Below, piece after piece: positions 1 to 9,923 of a DNA stretch of 41,426 bases (position 1 is the first letter of the stretch; each line of letters starts with the position of its first letter). The DNA is taken from positions 1 to 41,426 of IMG/VR virus record IMGVR_UViG_3300033485_000041; one strand, given 5' to 3'. The translations under genes and the position numbers were made by a program. The DNA is from a virus (lineage: Duplodnaviria > Caudoviricetes). The notes below the pieces were generated by a model. The model had not been told where the DNA came from and did not search any database. It saw only the letters and a program-made list of their open reading frames with translations.

Positions 1-73
1 CCTTTTTTCTCACGTCCACGTTTCGTAGATATTTCACTAACTTTCACGATATTTCATCTTATTTCATTAATCT

Positions 74-547
74 ATGAGCACAACGAATCAACTTGTTTGG
101 ACCAACGAAAAGCCGACTAAGCCGGGCTGGTATTGGTACAAGTATAGGCAATACGAACCGAGGGTAGTAGAAATTATTCAGTGCCTTCATGGGCTAAAAT
201 TTCCATACTGGGGTAATCCCGTTAAAATAGAAGACGCAGACGGCCAATTCGCTGGCCCGATTCCTGAGCCTGACGGAATTCCTGCGCTTACAAAAGCCGT
301 AATAGATGATGTCGTTAAGCAATGCGTCGCTGAAATTACCAAGCAATTTCTTGCCGGTGGGATCAATAACGCAGGCCCAATTCATGGACCTGTAGCAAAT
401 GACATATTCCGCGATCTACTCACGGAGTTAGCTAGCAACGAAGACATCGTCGCATATGATACGGCTATCAACGTAGAAATGCCAAATCGCGCTGGTTTCA
501 ATGCGGATGAGTGGATGAGGCGTGTAAGGGCCGCGCTTAAAAAATAG
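74..547 (+). CDS. hypothetical phage protein (N-terminal WT..KPT.PGWYW motif)
   Basis: 157 aa ORF, AATCT-ATG start context, abuts terS. Confidence 0.7.
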   Translation: MSTTNQLVWTNEKPTKPGWYWYKYRQYEPRVVEIIQCLHGLKFPYWGNPVKIEDADGQFAGPIPEPDGIPALTKAVIDDVVKQCVAEITKQFLAGGINNAGPIHGPVANDIFRDLLTELASNEDIVAYDTAINVEMPNRAGFNADEWMRRVRAALKK

Positions 548-549
548 CC

Positions 550-1011
550 ATGCCAGCCCACCGTAAGCCAACCAATCTGCTGGAGTTCTCAGGCGCGTTC
601 GCCAAGAACCCACAACGCAGGCGTGAGCGCGAGCTTGAGCCAAGGTTCGTGGCCGGTCTCAGTGAACCGCCCGACTTTCTTGATGCGGACGCGCAAGAAG
701 AATGGCGGCGCGTCGTCCCTGATCTGGAGGCCGCTGGAGTGACCGCCAGGGTCGAAGCAATGGCAATGGCCACGTATTGCATAGCCGTGTCGCATCTAAA
801 GAAAGCGCAGGCTGAAATCGCACGGGATGGTATCACAATTCAAACGGACAGTGGGCTTAAGAAGCATCCGGCGATGAACATTATCAAGGATGCCAGCCAA
901 GTCATCAAGTGCTTCACGGCAGAGTTTGGCATGACGCCAGCCAGCCGCTCGAAGGTTAAGGCTCAGCCGACATCAAGCGAAAAGCCGAAAAGCGGATTTG
1001 CCGCCGTATAA
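550..1011 (+). CDS. terS: terminase small subunit, P27 family
   Basis: PP..L...A..EW.RV, YC, K.HPA and EFGMTPASRSKV motifs; upstream of TerL. Confidence 0.93.
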   Translation: MPAHRKPTNLLEFSGAFAKNPQRRRERELEPRFVAGLSEPPDFLDADAQEEWRRVVPDLEAAGVTARVEAMAMATYCIAVSHLKKAQAEIARDGITIQTDSGLKKHPAMNIIKDASQVIKCFTAEFGMTPASRSKVKAQPTSSEKPKSGFAAV

Positions 1012-1014
1012 TCT

Positions 1015-1350
1015 ATGAAAAGAGACTGGAAATTGATACGCGCCATAGTGCGCGAGGAAGGCACGGGCTCATGGCCCGAAGATACTGTACTTGAGCACAA
1101 GGTGCTCTGCGTGGAAGCTGGCTATATTCGCGCGCTTGATCTGCGTTCAATGGAGGCAGATCAAATTCAGATAGTACAATGTGGGCAACCTTGGCAAACA
1201 TTCAGTTGGCTGAAGGCCGCCGAAGTGCTTGCCAATTATGATGATTTAGAAGCCGTGCTTCGAGAACTCGAAGAAAAAAACGTAGGAACATTTGAGGAAG
1301 TAGTTTTCGAGATGATGAAGATAAAGGCTCGTAGTCGCATAGGCCTATGA
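1015..1350 (+). CDS. hypothetical protein, DUF2513-like N-terminus
   Basis: MKRDW.LIR.I start resembles DUF2513; tightly packed after terS. Confidence 0.6.
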   Translation: MKRDWKLIRAIVREEGTGSWPEDTVLEHKVLCVEAGYIRALDLRSMEADQIQIVQCGQPWQTFSWLKAAEVLANYDDLEAVLRELEEKNVGTFEEVVFEMMKIKARSRIGL

Positions 1351-1565
1351 AACATAAAAGAGCAATCCTCAGTATTCTCGCCAATTTTCATCGGTCATGG
1401 TTTAGCGATGAAGAGCGGCAAGAAATGAATCGCTGGCTTCTGAATGCGATAGGAAAGACCATGGAGCAAATCGACAAAGATATTGAGACCGGAATAAAAA
1501 ACGGGTATCCAATAGAACAGCAAATGGAGATCGTGCGAAGAGTGATTGATTCTATATACCAATGA
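1347..1565 (+). CDS. hypothetical protein
   Basis: 72 aa, ATGA overlap with upstream ORF. Confidence 0.65.
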   Translation: MKHKRAILSILANFHRSWFSDEERQEMNRWLLNAIGKTMEQIDKDIETGIKNGYPIEQQMEIVRRVIDSIYQ

Positions 1566-1566
1566 T

Positions 1567-1776
1567 ATGCATATTATGGAATCCAATCTCACAATAACCA
1601 TCAGGCCATCATGGCGCGACGTCTATGCAGATGGGTCTAAATGTCTATGCTGCGGAGATAAAATATTCATGATGCAAAAACGGCTATGTTTAGCAATTGA
1701 TAGCCGCACGATTGTTGAAATGGACGGCGTAAATCTATGCGGTTCTTGCGCTGATGCGGTCATTGATAGCCCATGA
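1567..1776 (+). CDS. small Cys-rich (putative Zn-binding) protein
   Basis: CxxC...CxxC; ATGA overlap with terL; exact start uncertain. Confidence 0.6.
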   Translation: MHIMESNLTITIRPSWRDVYADGSKCLCCGDKIFMMQKRLCLAIDSRTIVEMDGVNLCGSCADAVIDSP

Positions 1777-3464
1777 CCTATACCGAAAAGGCCAACAAGT
1801 ACGCCCTCGACGTAGTCGATGGGCGCATATTGGCATGCAAGTGGGTGAAGCTCGCGTGCAAGCGTCATTTCGACGATATAGAACGGTCGAAGGATGACTG
1901 GCCGTATGAATACGACCAGAAAAAAGCCGAGCGAGTCTGCCGGTTTTTCGAGATGTTGCCGCACGTAAAAGGAAAATGGGCCAAGAGGGATGCTAAAACA
2001 GGCAATGCAGCGACCATTAAACTAGAGCCGTGGCAATGTTTTATAGCCTGTTCGTTATATGGGTGGATCAACAAGGCAACAGGACAGCGCAGGTTCCGGC
2101 ATGCGCGACTTTACGAGCCTCGCAAAAATGCTAAGTCAACATTTGCCGCATCAATCGGTTGGTGGATGTTTCGCAAAGACGCCGAGCCTGGCGCAGAGGT
2201 GTACTGCGGAGCGACGAATCAAAAGCAGGCATACGAGGTTTTCAAACCAGCGTGGCAGATGGCCAAGAATATTCCTGCGCTCGCAGTTGATCTTGGCGTA
2301 ACGCTGACAGGTAAGACTGAGCCTGGGCCGATGCTCGCGATGGACGACGGTTCTAAGTTTGAAACGGTAATTGGCAAGCCGGGCGATGGTGCAAGCCCTC
2401 ACTGCGCCATCATAGACGAGTACCACGAGCATGATACGAGCGAACAACTCGACACTATGGTTACTGGCATGGGCGCGCGTGAACAGCCGCTTTCCCTCGT
2501 TATCTCAACCGCTGGGACGAATATCGCCGGACCATGCCGAGCGGACTGGAAGCAATGCGAGAAAATACTAGAGGGAATCATAAATGACGATACAACTTTT
2601 GCAATAATCTACACTATCGACGATCCAGACAAATGGGATACCGAAGAAGCATTGCGGATGGCGAATCCTAACTTCGATGTATCGGTCAGCCGAGAGTTCC
2701 TGATGGCTCAACTCGCGAAGGCACGCCGCGATCCGCGCGAGCAGGCGATTTTCAAGACGAAGCATCTCAATCTATGGGTAACGGCTAAGGCTGCGTATTT
2801 CAACACGCTAACATGGCAGAAGTGCGAAAACAAAAGCCTGAGCATCGACGATTTCACAGGGCAGCCATGTTTCCTGTCTGGAGACCTTGCGTCAAAGCAT
2901 GACATCGTTCCGTTAATGGCGCTATTTCCTAAGCCAGATGGCCGATATGCCGTGTTCGGGAAGTACTATTTGCCGCGCGCAACGGTCGAGCTTCCGGAAA
3001 ATCAACATTACAGGGCATGGGAAGCGGACGGCTTACTGACTGTCACCGAAGGAACCGTCACTGATTTGACTATTTGGGCGGCTGACGTAGCCGAATTGAA
3101 CCGAAAATTCGCTGTAGTCGAGATGCCAATCGACCCGGCTAGGGCATGGGGCATTTCTCAGGTACTGCTAAATGAGGGCGTGCCGGTAGTTGAATACAGA
3201 AATACGGTCTTGATGATGAGTGAGCCGATGAAACAACTCGACGCGCTTATACGTGCCGGTAAAATTGAACACAACGGCGATCCTATTTTGGCGTGGGCCT
3301 TGTCTAATGTGACAGGACAGCTTGACAGAAAAGATAACGTGTACCCAAATAAAGAGCGATACGAGAACAAGATAGACCCAGTGGTATCGCTCATTATGGC
3401 TTTGGGTCGAGCTATGCTGGCACCACAATCAACGAACGTTGTACCGCAGGTTTTTAGTTTTTGA
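1773..3464 (+). CDS. terL: terminase large subunit (HK97/Terminase_1 type)
   Basis: LEPWQ, Walker A PRKNAKST, Walker B IIDEYHE, GDLA..HD and KIDP nuclease motifs. Confidence 0.97.
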   Translation: MTYTEKANKYALDVVDGRILACKWVKLACKRHFDDIERSKDDWPYEYDQKKAERVCRFFEMLPHVKGKWAKRDAKTGNAATIKLEPWQCFIACSLYGWINKATGQRRFRHARLYEPRKNAKSTFAASIGWWMFRKDAEPGAEVYCGATNQKQAYEVFKPAWQMAKNIPALAVDLGVTLTGKTEPGPMLAMDDGSKFETVIGKPGDGASPHCAIIDEYHEHDTSEQLDTMVTGMGAREQPLSLVISTAGTNIAGPCRADWKQCEKILEGIINDDTTFAIIYTIDDPDKWDTEEALRMANPNFDVSVSREFLMAQLAKARRDPREQAIFKTKHLNLWVTAKAAYFNTLTWQKCENKSLSIDDFTGQPCFLSGDLASKHDIVPLMALFPKPDGRYAVFGKYYLPRATVELPENQHYRAWEADGLLTVTEGTVTDLTIWAADVAELNRKFAVVEMPIDPARAWGISQVLLNEGVPVVEYRNTVLMMSEPMKQLDALIRAGKIEHNGDPILAWALSNVTGQLDRKDNVYPNKERYENKIDPVVSLIMALGRAMLAPQSTNVVPQVFSF

Positions 3465-3476
3465 TAAAGTACTCCG

Positions 3477-3986
3477 ATGGGAAATAAACTAACCCCCGAG
3501 CATCTAAAAGAGATGCTACACTACAATCCTGAAACCGGAGTTTTTACGTGGCGAGTTTCGCGACGGGGTACTGCAAAGCAAGGCACCGAGGCTGGTTCGG
3601 TTAATGGTGACGGCTATCGTCGTATCACGATCAATGGATCGAAGTTTCTTGCCCACCGGCTCGCATGGCTTTATGTGCATGGCGTTTTGCCAGAGAATGA
3701 ACTGGACCATAAGAATCGCGACAAAGACGCTAATTGGATCGCTAATCTACGCGAAGCGACGCGCGTAGAGAACACGAGAAACAAGCGCCGCAATTCCAAC
3801 AATACGAGCGGTTTCAAAGGCGTAAGTTGGCATAGGGCAGCAAAGAAATTTTGCGCGGATATAGGAATCGCTGGAAAGACTATCCATCTCGGCTTATTTG
3901 AAACCGCCGAAGCTGCAAGCTCCGCCTACGAGGCCGCAGCCGCCAAGGCTTTCGGAGAATTCTACAGACAATCGCAAACCAATTAA
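3477..3986 (+). CDS. HNH homing endonuclease with C-terminal AP2 domain
   Basis: AHRLAWLY..G, DHKNR...N...NLR, N.SGFKGV, LG.F.T.E.A..AY. Confidence 0.92.
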   Translation: MGNKLTPEHLKEMLHYNPETGVFTWRVSRRGTAKQGTEAGSVNGDGYRRITINGSKFLAHRLAWLYVHGVLPENELDHKNRDKDANWIANLREATRVENTRNKRRNSNNTSGFKGVSWHRAAKKFCADIGIAGKTIHLGLFETAEAASSAYEAAAAKAFGEFYRQSQTN

Positions 3987-3993
3987 ATAACAT

Positions 3994-4215
3994 ATGAATA
4001 CTGAGAGTTTCCAAACGCCAAAAGAGCTGAGTGAGACATTTTCTAGAGATTACGATATTTTGATTTCCTGTGACTACATTTGCAGAATTCGCATGGAGGC
4101 CGGACTTGATCCTTCATCTAACATATTTGTTAGAGGGCTTGCGAGGGCGTCCGATTTACTTGAGTGGCTAAAGCGCCATCCAAACTTCAAGCCAAGAAAG
4201 CGCAATCCGCGTTAG
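3994..4215 (+). CDS. small putative DNA-binding protein
   Basis: 73 aa, TPKEL..WLK, basic C-terminus; directly before portal. Confidence 0.5.
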   Translation: MNTESFQTPKELSETFSRDYDILISCDYICRIRMEAGLDPSSNIFVRGLARASDLLEWLKRHPNFKPRKRNPR

Positions 4216-4270
4216 TTTGCGTTAGCTATAGTATATTGATAGGAAGCGCACCTGCCCACACACATTACAT

Positions 4271-5536
4271 GTGGGCCGCTCGCTCAAGGAACGACTTCAA
4301 GTAATTGGTGCTAAAATAGCGCCGTTATTTTTCGCGCCCAAGAATGCGACGTTGACTGACACGCAATTTTGGCGGGAGTTGATTAACATCGGTACGGCGG
4401 CTGGAGTGAATGTGACGCCGATGGCTGCACTAGGTGTTCCGACCGTTCTCGCGTGTGTCAATGCTATTTCGAGGTCGATGGCATCGCTGCCACTCAAGGT
4501 CTACCGCAGACTACCATCGGGTGGAAAGGAAGTGGCGACCGATCACCCGCTTTACTACCTGCTGCACGATGCGCCTAATTCTGAGACGACTAGCGTAAAA
4601 TTTCGTCGTGCACTTTTTGCAAATGCGGTCCTGCGCGGAAATGGATACGCGCTTATTGTGCGTGATGGGTTTGGCGAGGTAGCTGAATTGCGACTCATAG
4701 CGAACAAGGATATTGAGGTTAAGCGTGAAGAGGTGACGAATAAACTTTACTACGTCTTAGCTGGAAGCCGAGTGGAGAAAGAGCGGATTCTTCATATCAG
4801 CGGCCTCACGTTCGACGGCACTATTGGCGTAGATACAATGATGGCAGTACGTGAGGCAATCGGGCTCACGATTGCGCTACAAGATCACGGCTCACGATTC
4901 TTTTCCAACGGGTCAACGCCCGGCGTCGTACTTGAAATGGCTGCTCAGCTCACGCCAGAGAAGCTGAAGGATTTCGCAGACGCTTGGGATAAGGTGAACA
5001 CTGGGAACAAGAATGCGCACAAGCGCATGATTTTGAACGGTGGTGTTAAGGCAACGACGCTCACCAATCCCAGCAACGAGCAGAGCCAATTTATCGAGGC
5101 CAAGGTGCATCAAGATAAGGCAATCTGCTCGGCTTTCGGCGTACCTCAGATCAAGGCCGGCATCACTGATGCGGCTCATTTTAATAACGTATGGCAGGAA
5201 AACCAGAGCTACATCGACGACTGTTTAGGTAGTTGGTCGGCTGAGTTCGAGCAAGCCAGCAATCAGCGTCTATTCAGTCCTCAAGAGCGTAGGCAGTATT
5301 TCGTTTCATTCGTATTCGACGGGCTTCTTCGTGGCGATGCTAAAACCAGGGCAGAGGTTCAGCAAATTAGACTGCAAAATGGGATCGTGAATCGAGATGA
5401 AGTGCGCGCATCCGAGGACATGAATCCAATACCGGGTGGCGACAGATTTTTCATATCTCAAAACGTCAAGTTACTCGACGAAGAAGGCCGACCGATTGAG
5501 CAGCAAACAAGCATGGCTGGAGGAAATAACCAATGA
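4271..5536 (+). CDS. portal protein, HK97 family
   Basis: V.ACV..I...ASLP, HPL..LL...PN, GNGYA, FGVP, NPIPGGD; GTG start uncertain. Confidence 0.96.
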   Translation: MGRSLKERLQVIGAKIAPLFFAPKNATLTDTQFWRELINIGTAAGVNVTPMAALGVPTVLACVNAISRSMASLPLKVYRRLPSGGKEVATDHPLYYLLHDAPNSETTSVKFRRALFANAVLRGNGYALIVRDGFGEVAELRLIANKDIEVKREEVTNKLYYVLAGSRVEKERILHISGLTFDGTIGVDTMMAVREAIGLTIALQDHGSRFFSNGSTPGVVLEMAAQLTPEKLKDFADAWDKVNTGNKNAHKRMILNGGVKATTLTNPSNEQSQFIEAKVHQDKAICSAFGVPQIKAGITDAAHFNNVWQENQSYIDDCLGSWSAEFEQASNQRLFSPQERRQYFVSFVFDGLLRGDAKTRAEVQQIRLQNGIVNRDEVRASEDMNPIPGGDRFFISQNVKLLDEEGRPIEQQTSMAGGNNQ

Positions 5537-5841
5537 TGACTGGACCTATAACAGTAGATACAACGGCAGGCGGTATACAAATATTAGATTCTAACAATGT
5601 TCGACGGTCTGCCGTTTTAGAGAATAGAGGAAGCATCGACGCATATATAAAGTATGACGGTAGCGCAACTGCCCTAACCGCATCAAACGGACAACTGCTC
5701 AGAGCTGGTCAAACAATGACGATTACAGCTGACTATATCTGCGGAACACAGGATGCATATCTTGGATATGCAGATATGCGTTATGCTATTAAAGCAATAG
5801 TGGCATCTGGATCAACAACTATTATTGCAAACGAAGTTTGA
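5533..5841 (+). CDS. small beta-rich virion (head decoration-like) protein; paralog of 39222-39497
   Basis: Inserted between portal and protease; shares P.TV.T / R.S..L.N.G / T..NG..L..G pattern with 39222 ORF. Confidence 0.6.
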   Translation: MMTGPITVDTTAGGIQILDSNNVRRSAVLENRGSIDAYIKYDGSATALTASNGQLLRAGQTMTITADYICGTQDAYLGYADMRYAIKAIVASGSTTIIANEV

Positions 5842-5844
5842 TTT

Positions 5845-6423
5845 ATGGGCAATATAATCATAAATGGAGCATTGTCGGGGATCACGCCAGCGACTGGAGT
5901 TTCCGAATTTCTAGCGACTCCTTCGTCTGCAAATCTTCGTGCTGCTTTGACAGATGAAACAGGCACTGGTGCTTTAGTTTTTGCAGGGGGTGCGTTAGGC
6001 GCAGCTACGGCAACGACTCCGGAATCGTTTCAAAATAATACAATGGTAGCTACAACCGCGTTTGTGCATGATGTTCATGATGCAACGCGAACAGGAACGC
6101 ATGCAATACCATCAACCACAAATCCATTATCTCCGACTTGGAGCGGCCCAATGCGCGTGGTTTGGTATGGAGCAACAGGGACTATTAATCTTCCTGCAGC
6201 TTCGGGGTATGACGGTAGGGGTATCTTGATTTACAACACTGGTGCATTTACGATTACTATCGACTCCAATGGAAGCGAGGTTATTGTGCGTGATGGAAAT
6301 GTACAGACTGGTGGTGTTTCTATGACACTTAGTTCAGGAGCTGGGAATTATGTGTATATCATAAGCGACGGAGTCAGATGGATTACGCTTTGGTATAAAG
6401 GAACCATTGCTGAGGGTACTTGA
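5845..6423 (+). CDS. putative head fibre/spike protein
   Basis: Gly/Thr/Ala-rich; TPSSANL.AALTDETGTGALVFA and ATTAFV fibre-type motifs. Confidence 0.6.
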   Translation: MGNIIINGALSGITPATGVSEFLATPSSANLRAALTDETGTGALVFAGGALGAATATTPESFQNNTMVATTAFVHDVHDATRTGTHAIPSTTNPLSPTWSGPMRVVWYGATGTINLPAASGYDGRGILIYNTGAFTITIDSNGSEVIVRDGNVQTGGVSMTLSSGAGNYVYIISDGVRWITLWYKGTIAEGT

Positions 6424-6474
6424 TACCGAAATTACGAACACCACGATTGAAATATTAGAATTATTTATAATAAA

Positions 6475-7239
6475 ATGAGCAAGATCGTGCAATTTCCAAA
6501 ACGCGCAGATGGAGCAAAGTGGTTCGACATCAAGAATGCCACCGAAGACAGCGCTGACGTTTTTATTTACGACATCGTTGGCGATTCTTGGATTGGCACC
6601 GATGCGGGAACATTCGTAAAACAGCTAAATGCTCTCAAGACGAAGAAAATAAATCTGCGCATTAACTCGCCGGGTGGTTCGGTTTTCGACGGAATGGCGA
6701 TTTATAATGCTCTCGCCCGCCATAGCGCTGAGGTTACGAGCTACATTGACGGACTTGCTGCTAGTATTGCATCTGTAATCGCGCTCGCAGGAAAGAAAGT
6801 AGTTATCGCCGAAAATGCGATGATGATGATTCATAACCCATGGTCATATGCCGCAGGGAACTCCGATGAGTTGCGCAAGGTAGCCGATGTTCTCGACCAG
6901 ATCAAAGAGACAATTATCAATACATACGCGACGCGCACAGGATTAAAGCGCGATGAAATCGCCAAGATGATGGATGAAGAAACATGGTTCACAGCCGAGG
7001 AGGCAATCATGAAGAAATTCGCCGATGAATCTGTCGAGGGCGTAAAAGCGGCTGCTCAGTTTGATCTTTCAATTTTCGGCTACGCTAAGGCTCCGACTTC
7101 TGGCAACGGACAGTCTACGGAGCAAACTGCGGCCACGGCCTCGATTGAGGCCACCATTTCGGCAACAACGCCAGAAACGATCAGCCCGCCAGCCCGCCTC
7201 AAGCGGAGGCAGGCACTAATCGAAAAACTAAACAAGTGA
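6475..7239 (+). CDS. head maturation protease, ClpP-related
   Basis: INSPGGSVFDG, LAASIAS, MMIHNP, ETWFTAEEA motifs. Confidence 0.95.
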   Translation: MSKIVQFPKRADGAKWFDIKNATEDSADVFIYDIVGDSWIGTDAGTFVKQLNALKTKKINLRINSPGGSVFDGMAIYNALARHSAEVTSYIDGLAASIASVIALAGKKVVIAENAMMMIHNPWSYAAGNSDELRKVADVLDQIKETIINTYATRTGLKRDEIAKMMDEETWFTAEEAIMKKFADESVEGVKAAAQFDLSIFGYAKAPTSGNGQSTEQTAATASIEATISATTPETISPPARLKRRQALIEKLNK

Positions 7240-7254
7240 AATAGGAAACCTACC

Positions 7255-8490
7255 ATGACTATTGATGAACTCAATAAGCTGAAAGGCCAGCGGGCGCAAC
7301 TCGTTAAAGATATGCGCGCGCTTTCTGACAAAGAGGCGAGCGGTCCATTGTCCGCCGACGATCAAACTAAATACGCCGCGATGGAAAAGGACTTCGACGC
7401 GAAGACCGAAGCCATTAACCGTGCTGAGAATCTTAGCGCCCGCGAAACGCAGCTGCGCAACGAGCGTGATAGTAATTATCGTGCCGACGTTGGATCGTCC
7501 GACAAGAAGCGCAAGGTCCGCGATACTGCCGACTATAAAGAGGCGTTTTTCGACGGCTTCATCCGCAAGGGCCCGAATAACCTAGGCCCGAAGTTCCACA
7601 ATGTTCTCACCGAAGGCGCTGATGCTGACGGCGGCTTTCTTGTTCCGACCGAACTGGAGACCGCTATCGTCAAGAAAGTCTACGAACAGGATATAATGCG
7701 GACGCTTGCGACCGTTCGCACGTCCTCGCTCGATAGCTCGATTCCGATTCGTACCGGCATTCCGACGTTTGCTTGGCTCGGCGAAAGTGGCACCTATGGT
7801 AACACTGGTCCTACTTATGGCAAATTGTCGATGCAGGCGCACAAGTGCGGCGGCATCATTCCGATTTCCGACGAGTTGCTGTTGGACTCGATGGAAAACA
7901 TGGAAGCCGAAATCAACGAGACCGCTGGCTTGGCTTTCTCGGTTCTTGAGATTGCTGCTCACGGCACCGGCAACGGCGTCGCTCAGCCGCTCGGCCTTTT
8001 CTCGACTCCGGCCACTCTTGGCGGTGTGACGGTTGGTGAGGTAATCGGTGGCACGTCGGCTACGGCTGCTATCACCGCTGACAACCTCGTCGATACGTTT
8101 CATACGCTGGCTCCTCAGTATCGTGCGCAGGCCTCTTGGCTGCTCAACGATTCCGCTATCAAGCTGATTCGTAAACTCAAGACCGGCGTTAGCGGCGATT
8201 TGACGTACCTCTGGCAGCCCGGTTTGATCGGTGGCCAGCCCGATACGTTGCTCGGAAAGCCTGTATATGCCTACAGCGGTGCGCCAACCCCCGCCGTTTC
8301 TACTCGCTCGATTGCTTTCGGCAATATGCGAGCCTACAGAATCCAGGATCGTCTCGGCATTGCCGTGAAGTACCTGAACGAACGTTATGCTGAACTCGGC
8401 CAGGTCGGGTTCCGCTTCACCATGCGCACCGATGCTAAGCTTACCGATGGCAACGCCGTCGTATTCTTCAAGCACGGTGCCGCTAGCTAA
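7255..8490 (+). CDS. major capsid protein, HK97 fold with N-terminal delta/scaffold domain
   Basis: Coiled-coil N-terminus, DGGFLVP, IRKLK, YLWQP, TLLGKPV, FG.M..Y.I.DR. Confidence 0.97.
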   Translation: MTIDELNKLKGQRAQLVKDMRALSDKEASGPLSADDQTKYAAMEKDFDAKTEAINRAENLSARETQLRNERDSNYRADVGSSDKKRKVRDTADYKEAFFDGFIRKGPNNLGPKFHNVLTEGADADGGFLVPTELETAIVKKVYEQDIMRTLATVRTSSLDSSIPIRTGIPTFAWLGESGTYGNTGPTYGKLSMQAHKCGGIIPISDELLLDSMENMEAEINETAGLAFSVLEIAAHGTGNGVAQPLGLFSTPATLGGVTVGEVIGGTSATAAITADNLVDTFHTLAPQYRAQASWLLNDSAIKLIRKLKTGVSGDLTYLWQPGLIGGQPDTLLGKPVYAYSGAPTPAVSTRSIAFGNMRAYRIQDRLGIAVKYLNERYAELGQVGFRFTMRTDAKLTDGNAVVFFKHGAAS

Positions 8491-8510
8491 CAACTAAGGA
8501 GAAACTAAAA

Positions 8511-8954
8511 ATGCAACTCTCTAAAAACTGCAAAGTAATCCAAGTCATCACGCCTACTGCTGGCGCTGCTGGCACTACCGCAATCGAAGGTACAGTCGTA
8601 GATACCCAAGGTTACGGCGGTGCTATGTTCATCACTACGTTTGGCGCTATCGTCACCGGCGCGGCTACTTCGCTGAAAGTTCAGCAAGGAACCGATGCCA
8701 CTGTAACCGATGCCGCCGATCTTGCCGGAACATCCCAGACTATCGCCGATGATGACGACGGTCAGGTATTCGTTTCCGACATCAAAAAGCCGCTTGAGCG
8801 TTATCTGCGCCTGTACGTTTCCCGTGCAACGCAGAATGCTACTGTCGCCTCTGCCGAGGTCATTCTTTATGACCCCGTTGATGCGCCAACTACCATGACG
8901 TCTGCTACCGTTACGTGCGAATCGTTCGTTAGCCCCGCTGAAGGTACAGCCTAA
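8511..8954 (+). CDS. putative capsid decoration protein
   Basis: Follows capsid gene, strong AAGGAG RBS, beta-rich with RYLRL motif. Confidence 0.65.
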   Translation: MQLSKNCKVIQVITPTAGAAGTTAIEGTVVDTQGYGGAMFITTFGAIVTGAATSLKVQQGTDATVTDAADLAGTSQTIADDDDGQVFVSDIKKPLERYLRLYVSRATQNATVASAEVILYDPVDAPTTMTSATVTCESFVSPAEGTA

Positions 8955-8968
8955 CTAGCAATACATAC

Positions 8969-9002
8969 AGCGCCTACCGCTTCTATTGCGGTAGGCGCTT
9001 TA
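8969..9002 (+). terminator. intrinsic terminator after head genes
   Basis: 12-bp perfect stem AGCGCCTACCGC/GCGGTAGGCGCT, 7-nt loop, short T tail. Confidence 0.75.
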
Positions 9003-9006
9003 TAAA

Positions 9007-9597
9007 ATGATACCGATCTACCAACGCACAGAAGGACCAGCATCAGAGCCTGTAACTATGGCCGAGCTGTTCGATTTCCTGAAGGCAGCGCAAGAAGACT
9101 CAACTCTTGTTTCTGCACTTGGCGCTGTTGCTCGTGAATATGTCGAAGAGCAGACTGGGCGTGCACTTATTACTCAGACATGGAAGATTACTAGCGATTC
9201 ATGGCCAACCGAAAAGCTGATTCTTGAGAAATGCCCTCTAGTTTCAGTCACATCGGTAAAATATTACCCGGAAGATGGGTCAGCGCAGGCTACTCTTAGT
9301 AATAGCCTATATCGAGTAATGATAGCTGGCGATAATTCATATGGGTGGATTGAACTGCTGGACGGTGAAACATGGCCTGACTTGGCAGTTAGATCGGATG
9401 CTGTTCAGGTTATATTCGTTGCCGGTTCCGCTCTGGGCTCAGTTAAAAAGCAGATTGTGCAGTCGATATGCCTTCTTGCAAAGCATATGTACGACGATGG
9501 CAGAAATCCAGTAGCAATCGGGCAGATAATCGCAGAGATACCATTCACGCTTCGTGATTTGATTGCGTCTCAGCGTGTAGCAGGATGGACAGCATGA
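9007..9597 (+). CDS. head-tail connector (adaptor) protein
   Basis: P..EPVT, AREYVE..TGRALITQTW, P..SVTSVKY. Confidence 0.9.
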   Translation: MIPIYQRTEGPASEPVTMAELFDFLKAAQEDSTLVSALGAVAREYVEEQTGRALITQTWKITSDSWPTEKLILEKCPLVSVTSVKYYPEDGSAQATLSNSLYRVMIAGDNSYGWIELLDGETWPDLAVRSDAVQVIFVAGSALGSVKKQIVQSICLLAKHMYDDGRNPVAIGQIIAEIPFTLRDLIASQRVAGWTA

Positions 9598-9923
9598 ATT
9601 TAATACTAGATACGCCTATTACAATCGACGTGCCATCCGAAGAAGTTGGAGCGATGGGCGATGTCACAACTACATGGGTGACAATCGGGCCTATCTGGGC
9701 AGACCACAGGAACCTAACAGGGCGCGAGCTGATTGAAGCAAAGCAATTAGTAGCCGAGGTAGATTCAAAATTTGTTATTAGGTATTCTGCGCAATTCGAT
9801 TCTGTGAATGCGAAGTGCAGACTTACGCGCGGCTCTCGCGTTCATGATATTCTTTGCGCAATCCCACAGCCAGGCGGGCGCCCAAACAGCATCGAGATTT
9901 TCTGCAAACGGAGGGCCGACTAA
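9594..9923 (+). CDS. head closure/stopper protein (SPP1 gp16-like)
   Basis: W.T...WA, GRE...A, FVIRY; position in neck module. Confidence 0.85.
   Translation: MNLILDTPITIDVPSEEVGAMGDVTTTWVTIGPIWADHRNLTGRELIEAKQLVAEVDSKFVIRYSAQFDSVNAKCRLTRGSRVHDILCAIPQPGGRPNSIEIFCKRRAD

Noticed and set aside
7582-8493. 303-aa antisense ORF over the capsid gene
   Set aside because: Shadow of biased codon usage in a highly expressed gene; no motifs.
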